Source: Gammaproteobacteria bacterium (lineage in GTDB: Bacteria > Pseudomonadota > Gammaproteobacteria > Pseudomonadales > Azotimanducaceae). Taken from it: a stretch of 64,000 bases of DNA. The stretch's first letter is position 1; every line of letters begins with the position of its first letter. Below the pieces are notes generated by a model. The model searched no databases and was not told the DNA's origin. It saw only the letters and a list, made by a program, of their open reading frames with translations. This document shows positions 45,830 to 56,460 of the stretch, in pieces. The stretch lies in the NCBI GenBank assembly GCA_024640825.1, contig JAHEEG010000004.1:1812-65811 (forward strand), in the 5' to 3' direction. The position numbers and the translations under genes are program-made.

Positions 45830-46489
45830 GTGTCGTATGTCCTTGAAGCGCTCAAGAAACAGGAGGCGGAGCAGAACCCCGATGTTGCCGTGTCATTGTC
45901 AATGGTCGCGGAGCGAAGGCATCGTTATCGTCTGCTCACCTGGCTCGTCGGGGCCACGCTTGTGGTCAACGCGGGAATCCTGTTCTGGTTGCTCGTGTGG
46001 CCCCATCTGCAGCAGGAACCGTCGCGCACAGTAGCCGAATCCAACGCGCCACAAAGAGCGCCATCGCCCGCCATGGACATGACTACAGCGCCAGAACGTC
46101 CTGACCCGCAGACATCGACCAACATCCCAACGGCGGCAGTCGCCGCTTCAGACGTGGCAACCCAGCCGTCTGCAGCGATGGCACCGCAAACTGCGGCAGA
46201 GACAGCGCCGGCGCCAGCCGACGAGAGCGAGAATTCCGAGCCGGTCAGACAACTCGTGCAGCTCGACCGGCTGCCCCCCGAGGTTCGCAGCCGCTTCCCG
46301 GGCCTGGCGTTTTCCACCCATGTCTATGCAGAAGACAGAGACCTGCGGGCCGTAGTAGCAAACGGGCAGCGGCTGACGGAAGGCGACAGCCTGCGCGGCG
46401 TGACCGTTGATGAGATCACGGAAACCGGGGTCATCCTCGCCTTCGACGACTATCTGATAGAAGTACCCGTCATCGGCTACTGGGACTAA
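45830..46489 (+). CDS. gspB: GspB/ExeB general secretion pathway protein B
   Basis: MSYVLEALKKQEAE N-terminus, a single TM helix, and a position immediately after gspA. Confidence 0.75.
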   Translation: MSYVLEALKKQEAEQNPDVAVSLSMVAERRHRYRLLTWLVGATLVVNAGILFWLLVWPHLQQEPSRTVAESNAPQRAPSPAMDMTTAPERPDPQTSTNIPTAAVAASDVATQPSAAMAPQTAAETAPAPADESENSEPVRQLVQLDRLPPEVRSRFPGLAFSTHVYAEDRDLRAVVANGQRLTEGDSLRGVTVDEITETGVILAFDDYLIEVPVIGYWD

Positions 46490-46495
46490 TTCTCG

Positions 46496-48445
46496 CTAGA
46501 GTGCGCGAGCTATTCCCGGGGCCGAGGCTGAGGTTCCGAGGTAGATCCGACTGTCAACGAACACGTTGAGAATGTCTGAATCCACCAGGCCGAGACGGGC
46601 CTCATCATGCAGAATTTCCAGCGCCGAATCTACCGACATCGCTGGCTTGTACGGCCTGTCCATTGCGGTAAGCGCGTCGTAAATATCACATACCGTCATG
46701 ACTCGGCTGGGTAGGGGGATCTGATCTCCTACCAGGCCCAGAGGGTAACCGCTGCCATCCAGTTTCTCGTGGTGAGCGCCAGCAATCTCCGGAACCCGGG
46801 CCAGTTCCGGCGGCCACGGCAGAACCGCAAGAAAATCGCGCGTATGGGTTACGTGTGATTCGATTTCCTCACGCTCTGCCGGTGTCAGGCTTCCCCTGCG
46901 AACCGACAGCGCCAGCAGCTCTGCATCCGTGAGCAGGCTTCCCTTGACACCATCCAGCTCTACAAAACGATATTCCCGGATCTCCTGCAGATGCGCAAAA
47001 TCACCGGCGTTGCGGAGGTTCGGCGTGTTGGATTCGGCAATACACGCAAAGTACTGATCCAGAATGGACAGCTCCACATCCAGTTCCCGGTGCACGCGGC
47101 GCCGCGCCACCTCGAAATCGAGGCGACCGTGATGCAGCATCTCCAGCTCCCGCTCGGCGGCACGTGTACGCAGGCGCTCCTTCTGAAGTTCGATCCTGAA
47201 GCGGATGATCTCCAAACGTTCATCCGTGAGCTTGTTCGCTTTCAGCAGCACATTCTCGCGCACGCCGATCTTGCCGAAATCGTGGAGCAGCGCTGCATAT
47301 CGCACTTCGCGGATGTGCTCATCGGTCAGCTCCAGATGACTGAAACGAGACAAGCCCGAACTCGGCAAAGCCCGAAGAAGCGCTACCGTGCTCCCGGCGA
47401 CTCTGAAGGAGTGCCCGCTGGTCGTCGGATCCCGCTGTTCAATGGTCTTTACGGACGCCTGCACAAAGCTTTCGAACAGCGTATTTATGTCGCGAATCAG
47501 CAGATTTTTCTGAATCGACACAGCAGCCTGGCTGGCGACTGCCCTGAGCAGCTCACCAATTTCCTCGCCAAAGGCGACAGGTTCGTCCTCGGTCGGGTCA
47601 ATGCGGTTGATGAACTGAAGCACGCCGACCACCCTGTGACGGTGGTCCCGCATTGGCAGCACCAGCATCGAGCGGGTCCGATAGCCCATGCTCTCGTCGA
47701 AAGATCGGTTGAAACTGAAAGGCATGCCCGCCGGTATCTGATAAACGTCGGGTATGTCGAGCGTCTCGCCGGATAGCGCGACATAGCCGGCTACCGATTC
47801 CGGGCTGAGCGACAGTCTTTTTTCCACGAAAGGAACTTCGACCACGTCGTTCTGCGCGAGTTTGAAAACCAGGGCCGGCTCCGGGCCTTCTTCGTCCAAC
47901 AGGTAAAGAGAGCCGGCTTCACAGCCGGCAAGCCGGCGCGCTTCCAGGAGAATGGTTTCCAGGAGATCCTGAAATTCCATTCGCGTCGACAGCGACAGCG
48001 CAATCTCGGAAAGCTGCCGCATACGACTGTCCCGCGCTGCGACTTCACGATGTAGACCGAGGACATTGAGATTTCGCCGCCAATGCTCCGCGGCGAAATT
48101 GAGCAGGTGTTTCAGCGCCTCTTCTTCAGAGGTGGCTGGCAGCACCAGATCAGCATCTTCGCAGACCACCGAGGAAGCAATTAGCGCGTGAGGGAATCGT
48201 CTTCGCAGGCCCCCCTCATCAATGGCGCCGTCCGGAGTTCCGGTCAGCACCAGAGCGACAGTCTCCTGCATCTCTGCTGGCAGGTGAGTCTCGAGTATCT
48301 GCCACCCCAGATCGATGGCCAGAACGCGAATCTGCGCGAACCAGACCGGCGATGATGCTTCGGCAGGCCGGCCGCGAAGGTGATCGGCACCATCGCGCCT
48401 CAGGATGCACAAATTTGGGGGACTTTCAGAAAGCCTCACTGTCAC
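46496..48445 (-). CDS. GAF-domain HD-GYP phosphodiesterase
   Basis: Central GAF-like region. HD motif LLHDFGKIGV and HHEKLDGSGYPLGL (GYP). Confidence 0.85.
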   Translation of the reverse strand: MTVRLSESPPNLCILRRDGADHLRGRPAEASSPVWFAQIRVLAIDLGWQILETHLPAEMQETVALVLTGTPDGAIDEGGLRRRFPHALIASSVVCEDADLVLPATSEEEALKHLLNFAAEHWRRNLNVLGLHREVAARDSRMRQLSEIALSLSTRMEFQDLLETILLEARRLAGCEAGSLYLLDEEGPEPALVFKLAQNDVVEVPFVEKRLSLSPESVAGYVALSGETLDIPDVYQIPAGMPFSFNRSFDESMGYRTRSMLVLPMRDHRHRVVGVLQFINRIDPTEDEPVAFGEEIGELLRAVASQAAVSIQKNLLIRDINTLFESFVQASVKTIEQRDPTTSGHSFRVAGSTVALLRALPSSGLSRFSHLELTDEHIREVRYAALLHDFGKIGVRENVLLKANKLTDERLEIIRFRIELQKERLRTRAAERELEMLHHGRLDFEVARRRVHRELDVELSILDQYFACIAESNTPNLRNAGDFAHLQEIREYRFVELDGVKGSLLTDAELLALSVRRGSLTPAEREEIESHVTHTRDFLAVLPWPPELARVPEIAGAHHEKLDGSGYPLGLVGDQIPLPSRVMTVCDIYDALTAMDRPYKPAMSVDSALEILHDEARLGLVDSDILNVFVDSRIYLGTSASAPGIARAL

Positions 48446-48575
48446 AGCTCGCTCACGGATTGCGATGACCGCAGTATGGCTGCCAGATTACAGGCCGTAT
48501 CAGACCCAGTTCACAACAAAAGGGTGCAGGACGCTTCCGGAAGCGAATTTCCGATGAGTAGCCGGAGTTTTAGGG

Positions 48576-49325
48576 TCAGAGTGTGGCTGAGGCCGCGAGG
48601 TTACTCAGCTTTCGCTCGATGTCCGCCAGACGGCTGTTGAGCTGCTGACGATACGCATCGATAGCCGCCACGGCCTGTTCGTTCTCGCGCACGCGGTTCG
48701 TCAGCCCCGACTGCAGACCGGCGACCGACTGCTGCGCCGAATTGACTTTGTCCACCAGATCTCGCTGGCTGCGCAGCACCTGCTGCATCTGTATCTCGAT
48801 ACTGGTGAGCTGGTCGATCATGGACTGTTGCTGGGCAAACGCGCTTTCGTGACGCCCCAGGGTGCCTTTGACCTCTTTGTCCGCCAGTTCCAGAGCAGTC
48901 ATGGATTTACTCAGCTTCGCCAGCGCCGCTTCGTTTTCTTTGATCCACTTTTTATTTCGATCATTGGTCACACCCCAAAGCTTGCGGATTTCTGACTCCC
49001 AGAAATTGATCTGCTCATTAGTGGTCTGACCGGTTTCGGTAAGCGCTTCGTCAGTAACCCGCAGACGATCTTCGAGCACGGCGATACGCCCCTTGGCGTC
49101 TTCCAACGCCAGAGCTTCTTCAACCAGCAACTGATGCTGGTTGGCGATGAACCAGCCCGCAACAACAAGGCCGGCCACAAGCACGGCAAGCATCAGATTG
49201 AGGCCGATCATTCGGCCGTCGCGATCCTTCGGGGTTCGCCGCCGCCCGCCTTGGGCGGTACGCCGCCGCCCCGACACATCATCAGGGCTTGCTGAAATGG
49301 AGGATTTCCCGGGGCGCTCGGCCAT
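48576..49325 (-). CDS. membrane-anchored coiled-coil protein, unknown function
   Basis: AGGAG SD lies 5 nt before ATG 49325. Basic N-terminus, one TM helix (IGLNLMLAVLVAGLVVAGWFI), then about 190 aa of heptad-like helical sequence. Confidence 0.7.
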   Translation of the reverse strand: MAERPGKSSISASPDDVSGRRRTAQGGRRRTPKDRDGRMIGLNLMLAVLVAGLVVAGWFIANQHQLLVEEALALEDAKGRIAVLEDRLRVTDEALTETGQTTNEQINFWESEIRKLWGVTNDRNKKWIKENEAALAKLSKSMTALELADKEVKGTLGRHESAFAQQQSMIDQLTSIEIQMQQVLRSQRDLVDKVNSAQQSVAGLQSGLTNRVRENEQAVAAIDAYRQQLNSRLADIERKLSNLAASATL

Positions 49326-49374
49326 AACCACTCCTGCTGTTCAGTTCAAGATTCGAAGCCGGCGGATTATATGC

Positions 49375-49403
49375 AAAAAAAAGAGCCTGCATGAGCAGGC
49401 TCT
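49375..49403 (-). terminator. rho-independent terminator
   Basis: On the minus strand: AGAGCCTGC-tcat-GCAGGCTCT followed by TTTTTTTT, just downstream of the 49430-50080 gene. Confidence 0.75.
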
Positions 49404-49429
49404 CGATAACTGGGTTGAAGATATCGCGG

Positions 49430-50080
49430 CTAAAGTAAGGCAACCACGCCCCAAAGCACGGCCGTCAGTGCGAACCCGCTGGCAATCACGCCCTTGACGG
49501 TGGTCATTGGGCCTTGCTTGCCGACGATCGCGTTGAGTTCCAGAACCGCGATAATGACCAGCGATACGATCAGCGCGGTCGTATTCCCGTCCAGCCCACC
49601 GTGGGAGTAGTGCGCACTGGAACCCATGAAAAACAGCATGGGGATGGAAAACAGGGTATTGGTCCGAGATGCCAGGCCTGCCTTCGGCGCCGCCCCCGCC
49701 GCTGCGGGGAGCGCTTCACCACCGGCTTTGACCTGCTGATTCGAGGCTATGACGATTTTCTGGTTTGGCCAGATAATGAGCCATACGTTTAGAAACATCA
49801 GCGTGCCGAGAACGGCACCCACAGATATGTCCAGAGTGAGTCCCGCGCCACGAATCCCCAGCATGATCAGGCCGGTTAGGAAGGTGAACATGGCACCCCA
49901 ACGGAACCACCAGAGCGCCCGTGGCACGAGCTTGGAAAACGCATCGGTGCGCGCATCCCCGTCAGCTTCTTTGAAATACTCGGTTTGGACGAAGTTGAAG
50001 TAGTAGAGCAAGCCGATCCAGGTGATGCCGAACAGAAAATGTCCCCAGCGCGCCAAGTAGTCGATTAAAGCTATGTCCAT
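49430..50080 (-). CDS. integral membrane protein (possibly urate-hydroxylase PuuD N-terminal-like domain)
   Basis: GGGGAGAA SD. Five or so TM helices. The assignment rests only on resemblance of WGHFLFGITWIGLLYYFNFVQ to that family from memory. Confidence 0.6.
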   Translation of the reverse strand: MDIALIDYLARWGHFLFGITWIGLLYYFNFVQTEYFKEADGDARTDAFSKLVPRALWWFRWGAMFTFLTGLIMLGIRGAGLTLDISVGAVLGTLMFLNVWLIIWPNQKIVIASNQQVKAGGEALPAAAGAAPKAGLASRTNTLFSIPMLFFMGSSAHYSHGGLDGNTTALIVSLVIIAVLELNAIVGKQGPMTTVKGVIASGFALTAVLWGVVALL

Positions 50081-50267
50081 GACTTTTCTCCCCGATCAGT
50101 CAGTCTTAGATTTCTTAGACCGCGGACTATAGCGAATCGACTGGGACAAATCATCCTTTGGACGGGCGTGCTGCTGACGGGCCAGGCGGTGTTTTCAAGA
50201 CGACACGAACGCTCTGAGAACCTGCCGCAGGGACACAGTTCAGCGCGCAGATATAGGGGTAAAGGAT

Positions 50268-50296
50268 AAAAAAACCCCGCACGAAGGCGGGGTTTT
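50268..50296 (-). terminator. groEL rho-independent terminator
   Basis: On the minus strand: CCCCGC-cttcgt-GCGGGG followed by seven T. Confidence 0.8.
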
Positions 50297-50362
50297 AACG
50301 GGCCATGAGAAACCATGAGCAGGGCGCCAGATCGGCGCCCCACTGGGCTCACATAGGCGGGC

Positions 50363-52024
<1,662 letters not shown>

Positions 52025-52036
52025 TTAATAATCGCT

Positions 52037-52330
52037 CTATTTACCTTCCAGCACGCCGAAGATTTCGCTCTCGCTGAGGATGAGCAATTCTTCGCCGTCT
52101 ACCTTCACGGTGCTGCCCGCGTACTGACCAAACAATACTTTGTCGCCTTTTTTGACATCCAGGGGACGGGTATCCCCATTGTCCAGCGTCTTGCCTGGAC
52201 CGATTGCCAGAACTTCGCCTTGCGACGGTTTTTCCGCCGCCGAGTCGGGCAAAACGATGCCGCCTGCGGTTGTGGATTCTTCTTCCAACCGGCGCACGAC
52301 GACACGATCGTGTAGGGGTCGAATGTTCAT
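52037..52330 (-). CDS. groES: co-chaperonin GroES
   Basis: [46 protein letters not shown]. 97 aa. Confidence 0.98.
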   Translation of the reverse strand: MNIRPLHDRVVVRRLEEESTTAGGIVLPDSAAEKPSQGEVLAIGPGKTLDNGDTRPLDVKKGDKVLFGQYAGSTVKVDGEELLILSESEIFGVLEGK

Positions 52331-52367
52331 TACCTAAATATCTCCCAGTTGAATCCGATAAGGGTCT

Positions 52368-52394
52368 TTAGCAGTCTCAGTGTGAGAGTGCTAA
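52368..52394 (-). promoter_or_regulatory. CIRCE operator (HrcA binding inverted repeat)
   Basis: The sense strand reads TTAGCACTC-N9-GACTGCTAA (consensus TTAGCACTC-N9-GAGTGCTAA, one mismatch). It lies 38 nt upstream of the groES ATG. Confidence 0.8.
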
Positions 52395-52406
52395 CGATGC
52401 GCCGCT

Positions 52407-52434
52407 ATGATAGTGGCGCCGCCGCGAGTTTCAA
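52407..52434 (-). promoter_or_regulatory. groES promoter candidate (sigma70-like TTGAAA-N16-TATCAT; the -35 also fits sigma32 CTTGAAA)
   Basis: The hexamers were read on the minus strand. The -10 ends 12 nt upstream of CIRCE, which is the usual promoter-CIRCE arrangement. Confidence 0.5.
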
Positions 52435-52587
52435 GCCTCTGGCGATCATTATTTGCCGGTCTGTAACTGCCGATCTGTCGGCTGGTCTATCCGGCTGACA
52501 AATCCGTCCGACACAGCAAGATTCCCCGCTGGCCCTAATGTGTAGGCGAAATCTCAAACTTCAAGGGGTAAGCTTCGCGATGTGGTG

Positions 52588-53088
52588 TCACCGCAGCGGG
52601 GGCGGGCTCTTGTCATCCTGAGCGTCCGGCCGGACATCCGGCCGGATATCCGGACGCCCAAGGTCGTCAGGATGACGCCGGAAATCACCCTCTATGATGG
52701 TGAAACCCTCCCGTGCGCGCCCGGCTCGAGCAGCCTGAACGTCAACCCGGGCCAATAGCCAGCGCGCAACGGGAGCGCGCGACGGGGGAAACAACAGCAG
52801 AAAGCCAGCCGTATCGGTAACGAAACCGGGAGTCAACAGCAGAGCCCCCGCCACTGCCAGCAGCAGCCCTTCCGCCAGTTCCTGGGCGGGTAACTGGCCC
52901 TGCTGCAGCCGACCCAAACCTCGGGTCAGCGTCGCAACCCCTTGAACGCGCAGCAGCGCAACGCCAATCACCGCCGTGAGCATCACCAGACCGATGGTCG
53001 GCAAGGTGCCGATGTAGCCGCCCACCTCAATGAGCAGGTACATTTCCACGATGGGAGTAAGGAAGAAGATCAGAAGCCAGATACCCAT
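52588..53088 (-). CDS. fxsA: FxsA family membrane protein
   Basis: IFFLTPIVEMYLLIEVGGYIGTLPTIGLVMLTAVIGVALLR is the hallmark FxsA N-terminus. The tail carries RPDI/RPDV repeats. Confidence 0.85.
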   Translation of the reverse strand: MGIWLLIFFLTPIVEMYLLIEVGGYIGTLPTIGLVMLTAVIGVALLRVQGVATLTRGLGRLQQGQLPAQELAEGLLLAVAGALLLTPGFVTDTAGFLLLFPPSRAPVARWLLARVDVQAARAGRAREGFTIIEGDFRRHPDDLGRPDIRPDVRPDAQDDKSPPPLR

Positions 53089-53146
53089 GCCGAGTGCTGC
53101 TGCGTTTGGAACCCAGCAATCTGCGGGGAACCCGCAGCCGTGTCAA

Positions 53147-53476
53147 ATGGCGTCCGAGAAATCGGCCGGCGAACCGTTCGAGCCCCGGGCGCGCATCTGG
53201 CAGGTAGTTGCCGCAATACCCCGAGGACGGGTCGCAACTTATGGACAGGTAGCCCGCCTGGCAGGTATGCCCTCCCACGCTCGCTATGTCGGGCGAACAC
53301 TGAGCAACCTACCATCGGGGACACGGCTCCCTTGGCATCGCGTGGTAAATGCCAGCCTGCGCATCTCTCCGCGGGCAGACGACGCCGCCGTGACCGCTCA
53401 GCGGGCTCGGCTCGAGCAAGAAGGCGTCAGCTTCATCGGTCGGAGGATTGCCCGTCAGCACCTCTGGGACCACTGA
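53147..53476 (+). CDS. alkyltransferase-like (ATL) / MGMT-family DNA-binding protein
   Basis: IPRGRVATYGQVARLAG HTH, and PWHRVV where active Ogt/Ada proteins have PCHRV (Cys replaced by Trp). Start at ATG 53147. Confidence 0.75.
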   Translation: MASEKSAGEPFEPRARIWQVVAAIPRGRVATYGQVARLAGMPSHARYVGRTLSNLPSGTRLPWHRVVNASLRISPRADDAAVTAQRARLEQEGVSFIGRRIARQHLWDH

Positions 53477-54749
53477 CCTCCGGCATTTCCGTTTCTGCTG
53501 CATCGACGTGATCGCCGGCATCTCCAAACGGCGCCACCCAAGCCAGCAGCACCATGCCGGGAACCGCCAGCACGGCGCAAACATAGAAGAAATTCGTCCA
53601 GCCGATACTGTCGACGATAAGCCCGCTGGTGGACGAAGCGAGCACGCGAGGCAACGCTGCGAGGGCTGTAAACAGCGCAAACTGGGTGGCCACCGCGCGG
53701 CGTGAGGTTTCCCGAGCAATGAAGGCAACGGAGGCGGCAGTGCCGAGCCCAACACCCAGATACTCGCCGCTGATCACCACGGCCAGCACCCAGGGATCAG
53801 CACCGGCCTTGGACAGCCATACGAAACCGAATATGGTCGCCAGCTGAACGACGCCGAAGATCCACAGCCCGCGATTGATTCCAATCCTGACGATGAGCAG
53901 ACCACCAAGCAAGCCCCCAATAATGGAAGGCCAGAGCGCCGCGTTCTTCGCGATGATACCGATCTGAACGGTAGAAAATCCAAGGTCGATATAGAAAGGG
54001 GTCGCCAGTGCCGTTGCCATGTTGTCCCCCAGCTTGTAGAGGAACATAAACGCCAGTACGGCCAGGGCACTCTGCAGCCCGTGACGCGTAAAGAACTCGC
54101 GAAACGGCTCCACTATGGCTTCCCTCAGGCTGGCGGGCAGTTCCGGGTCGAGGTTCGCCTCTTTGACCACCAGCGTCATGACCACGCCTACGCTCATAAA
54201 GGCCGCCATGATGGGAAAAACCCAATGCCAGGGTAAGGAACCCGCCAGAATGAGTCCCAGGGAGCCGGGTACGAGGCCCGCAAGCCGATAGACCTGCACG
54301 TGAATGGCGTTGCCCAGCGCGAGCTCTTCGTCTGTGGGCAGCACCTCCCGGCGATACGCATCCAGGGCGATATCCTGCGTGGCGCTGAAAACCGCGACGG
54401 ACAGAGCTACCAGCGTGATGGCAAGCAGCTGATCCGACGGCTGCCAGAATCCGAACGCCGATATGGCCAGTATCAGAGCAATTTGTGTGCTCAGCATCCA
54501 GCTGCGCCGTCGTCCCAGAAACGGCAGCGGATAGCGCTCGAGGAGCGGCGACCAGAGGAATTTTAGGGTGTACGGGTACTGGATTGCGGTAAAAAAACCG
54601 ATAGCTGTCAGGCTGACGCCTTCAAGTCGCAACCAGGCAGGTACCAGCTGTATCAAGAGAAACAGCGGCAGCCCCGAGGCGAACCCGGTACCGGCGCAGA
54701 TAGCCATTCGCCGGTTGAACAGCGCCCGGGAAAGCCCTGGTCCGGTCAC
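53433..54749 (-). CDS. ampG: AmpG family muropeptide MFS transporter
   Basis: GTG start lies 1 nt after the yajQ stop. The MFS layout with FASGLPLFLLIQLVPAWL... is typical of AmpG. Confidence 0.8.
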   Translation of the reverse strand: MTGPGLSRALFNRRMAICAGTGFASGLPLFLLIQLVPAWLRLEGVSLTAIGFFTAIQYPYTLKFLWSPLLERYPLPFLGRRRSWMLSTQIALILAISAFGFWQPSDQLLAITLVALSVAVFSATQDIALDAYRREVLPTDEELALGNAIHVQVYRLAGLVPGSLGLILAGSLPWHWVFPIMAAFMSVGVVMTLVVKEANLDPELPASLREAIVEPFREFFTRHGLQSALAVLAFMFLYKLGDNMATALATPFYIDLGFSTVQIGIIAKNAALWPSIIGGLLGGLLIVRIGINRGLWIFGVVQLATIFGFVWLSKAGADPWVLAVVISGEYLGVGLGTAASVAFIARETSRRAVATQFALFTALAALPRVLASSTSGLIVDSIGWTNFFYVCAVLAVPGMVLLAWVAPFGDAGDHVDAAETEMPEVSGPRGADGQSSDR

Positions 54750-54750
54750 T

Positions 54751-55233
54751 TCAATCGCGGAAATTAGTAAAGCTCAACGGCAGGTCCAGATCGACTTTCT
54801 TGAGCATTGCGATCACCTGCTGCAGGTCGTCTCGCTTCTTCCCGGTAATCCGAACCTGGTCACCCTGCACCTGCGATTGAACTTTCACCTTAGCGTCTTT
54901 TATCAGCTTTACGATTTTCCGGGACGCTTCTTTGTCGATGCCCTGCTTCAGACCGAACTGTTGCCGCTTCTGTTTGCCCGACGCTTCAACCTCTCCGGGA
55001 TCCAGAGCGCGCGTATCAATTTCTCGGCGAGTCAGCTTGTCGCGCAGAATGTCGAGCATCTGCGTGAGCTGAAACTCCTCCTGCGCGTGTAACCGAATCT
55101 TTTCATCAGCGAGTTCGAAACCCGCGTCCACTCCTTTAAAATCGAATCGGGTACCCAGCTCTCGCACTGCCTGGTCTACAGCGTTTCGAACTTCCTGAAA
55201 GTCTACTTCCGACACCACGTCGAACGACGGCAT
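54751..55233 (-). CDS. yajQ: YajQ family nucleotide (cyclic-di-GMP)-binding protein
   Basis: MPSFDVVSEVDFQEVRNAVDQAVRELGTRFDFKG. 160 aa. Confidence 0.9.
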   Translation of the reverse strand: MPSFDVVSEVDFQEVRNAVDQAVRELGTRFDFKGVDAGFELADEKIRLHAQEEFQLTQMLDILRDKLTRREIDTRALDPGEVEASGKQKRQQFGLKQGIDKEASRKIVKLIKDAKVKVQSQVQGDQVRITGKKRDDLQQVIAMLKKVDLDLPLSFTNFRD

Positions 55234-55399
55234 ACCGCCTCCTGAAAATAAAACTACCTATCAATACAGCCTGACTATACAGTCGGTCGATAGCCAGTCT
55301 GGGGACAGCACCTTGCTTACCTGCCGCAGCTTCATCGTGCCACAGGAATTTCCTACAAAGCCACTACCCTGAAATGTGAAGTCATGCGTCGCGGATTCC

Positions 55400-55428
55400 T
55401 TGACAAAGATAGGTGGCTCGCATATCAC
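55400..55428 (+). promoter_or_regulatory. sigma70-type promoter candidate
   Basis: TTGACA-N17-TATCAC lies about 45 nt upstream of ATG 55474. Confidence 0.3.
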
Positions 55429-55473
55429 GTTACCGCCTAAACGGCCTCCACATTCAAGGTGTCACTAAAGTAC

Positions 55474-56460
55474 ATGGCGCACGAAGACATTCCAATCCTC
55501 GTTGTGGACGATGCAAAGTTCTCCAGCGCCATTATTGCGAAGGCCCTGCGCGGCGGCGGGTTCCAGAACGTACGGTTCACGAACAACCCGCTCCAGGCTC
55601 TACGATCTCTGGAGAAACGCCCGGCCCAGATCCTCATCGCCGACTGGATGATGCCAAATATGGACGGCCTGGAGCTCTCCCGACGTGTCAAAAAACTCGA
55701 CGAAACGCTTCAGCACTTCACGTACATCATGTTGCTGACGGCAAGGGATGACCTCGAGGCCATGAGCCGAGCATTTGATGACGGAGTGGACGACTTTCTG
55801 AACAAAGCGGCACTCAAAGAACAGCTGCTGCCCAGAGTGATAGCGGCACAGCGGCTGGCCTCCAAGCAAAACGAGCTCCTGCGAACCAACCGGCTGCTCC
55901 GCAAAAAACTGCGAGACCTGCAGACAACGGACCTGGTAGATCCGGTAACCGGATTGGGCAACCTGAAGTTCACGCTGGACCGCCTGGGTGACGCCATCAA
56001 GCATGCCGAGACTCGCGGCGGCGCAGCCTGTCTGTTGCTGGTGGGACTCAACAATCTCAAAGAGATCCAAGATCAGTACGACCAATCGGCCGTCGACGAG
56101 CTCATGTCAGGCATGGGCGCCAAGCTGCGCCAGCTGGTCAGGCCGCTGGATGTGGTTACCCGTCCCGAAGCCAGCATGTTCGCCATAATCACCGTGCAAC
56201 CGAACATGGAAAACTGTACGTCACAGAGTTTCCGTCGAATATTCGATAATCTGTATATGCACTCGTTCAAGACCGGCGAGGGCTATATTCCCTCGGTCGT
56301 TGGCGTAAGCATCTCGGCCGCCGACAGCTCCACGGGCTTTCCGGCGCCAAAAGTTTTCATGCAGCAGGCCTATCGAGGCCTGACGCATGCGTTCGACACC
56401 GGCGTCATTCACGTCCAGACTTACGAACCACCCGTATCCGGTAAAGCAGAGATCGTATGA
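55474..56460 (+). CDS. response regulator with degenerate GGDEF domain (EASMF) and retained RxxD I-site
   Basis: REC (ILVVDDAKF..., LIADWMMPNMDG). GGDEF-domain start DPVTGLGNLKF. RPLD-VVTRP-EASMF replaces RxxD-x5-GGDEF. An alternative GTG start lies at 55459. Confidence 0.85.
   Translation: MAHEDIPILVVDDAKFSSAIIAKALRGGGFQNVRFTNNPLQALRSLEKRPAQILIADWMMPNMDGLELSRRVKKLDETLQHFTYIMLLTARDDLEAMSRAFDDGVDDFLNKAALKEQLLPRVIAAQRLASKQNELLRTNRLLRKKLRDLQTTDLVDPVTGLGNLKFTLDRLGDAIKHAETRGGAACLLLVGLNNLKEIQDQYDQSAVDELMSGMGAKLRQLVRPLDVVTRPEASMFAIITVQPNMENCTSQSFRRIFDNLYMHSFKTGEGYIPSVVGVSISAADSSTGFPAPKVFMQQAYRGLTHAFDTGVIHVQTYEPPVSGKAEIV

Noticed and set aside
50071-50352. A 93-aa minus-strand ORF spanning the groEL terminator region, and a GGGCGCC-gatct-GGCGCCC hairpin at about 50325-50343.
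   Set aside because: The ORF runs through an obvious intrinsic terminator and has no SD. The extra hairpin lacks a U-tract and sits between the groEL stop and the real terminator.
52545-52566. A second CTTGAAG-N13-CTACACAT sigma32-like element right after the fxsA stop.
   Set aside because: The -10 match is poor and the distance to groES is about 230 nt. The proximal TTGAAA-N16-TATCAT/CIRCE arrangement explains groES expression better.
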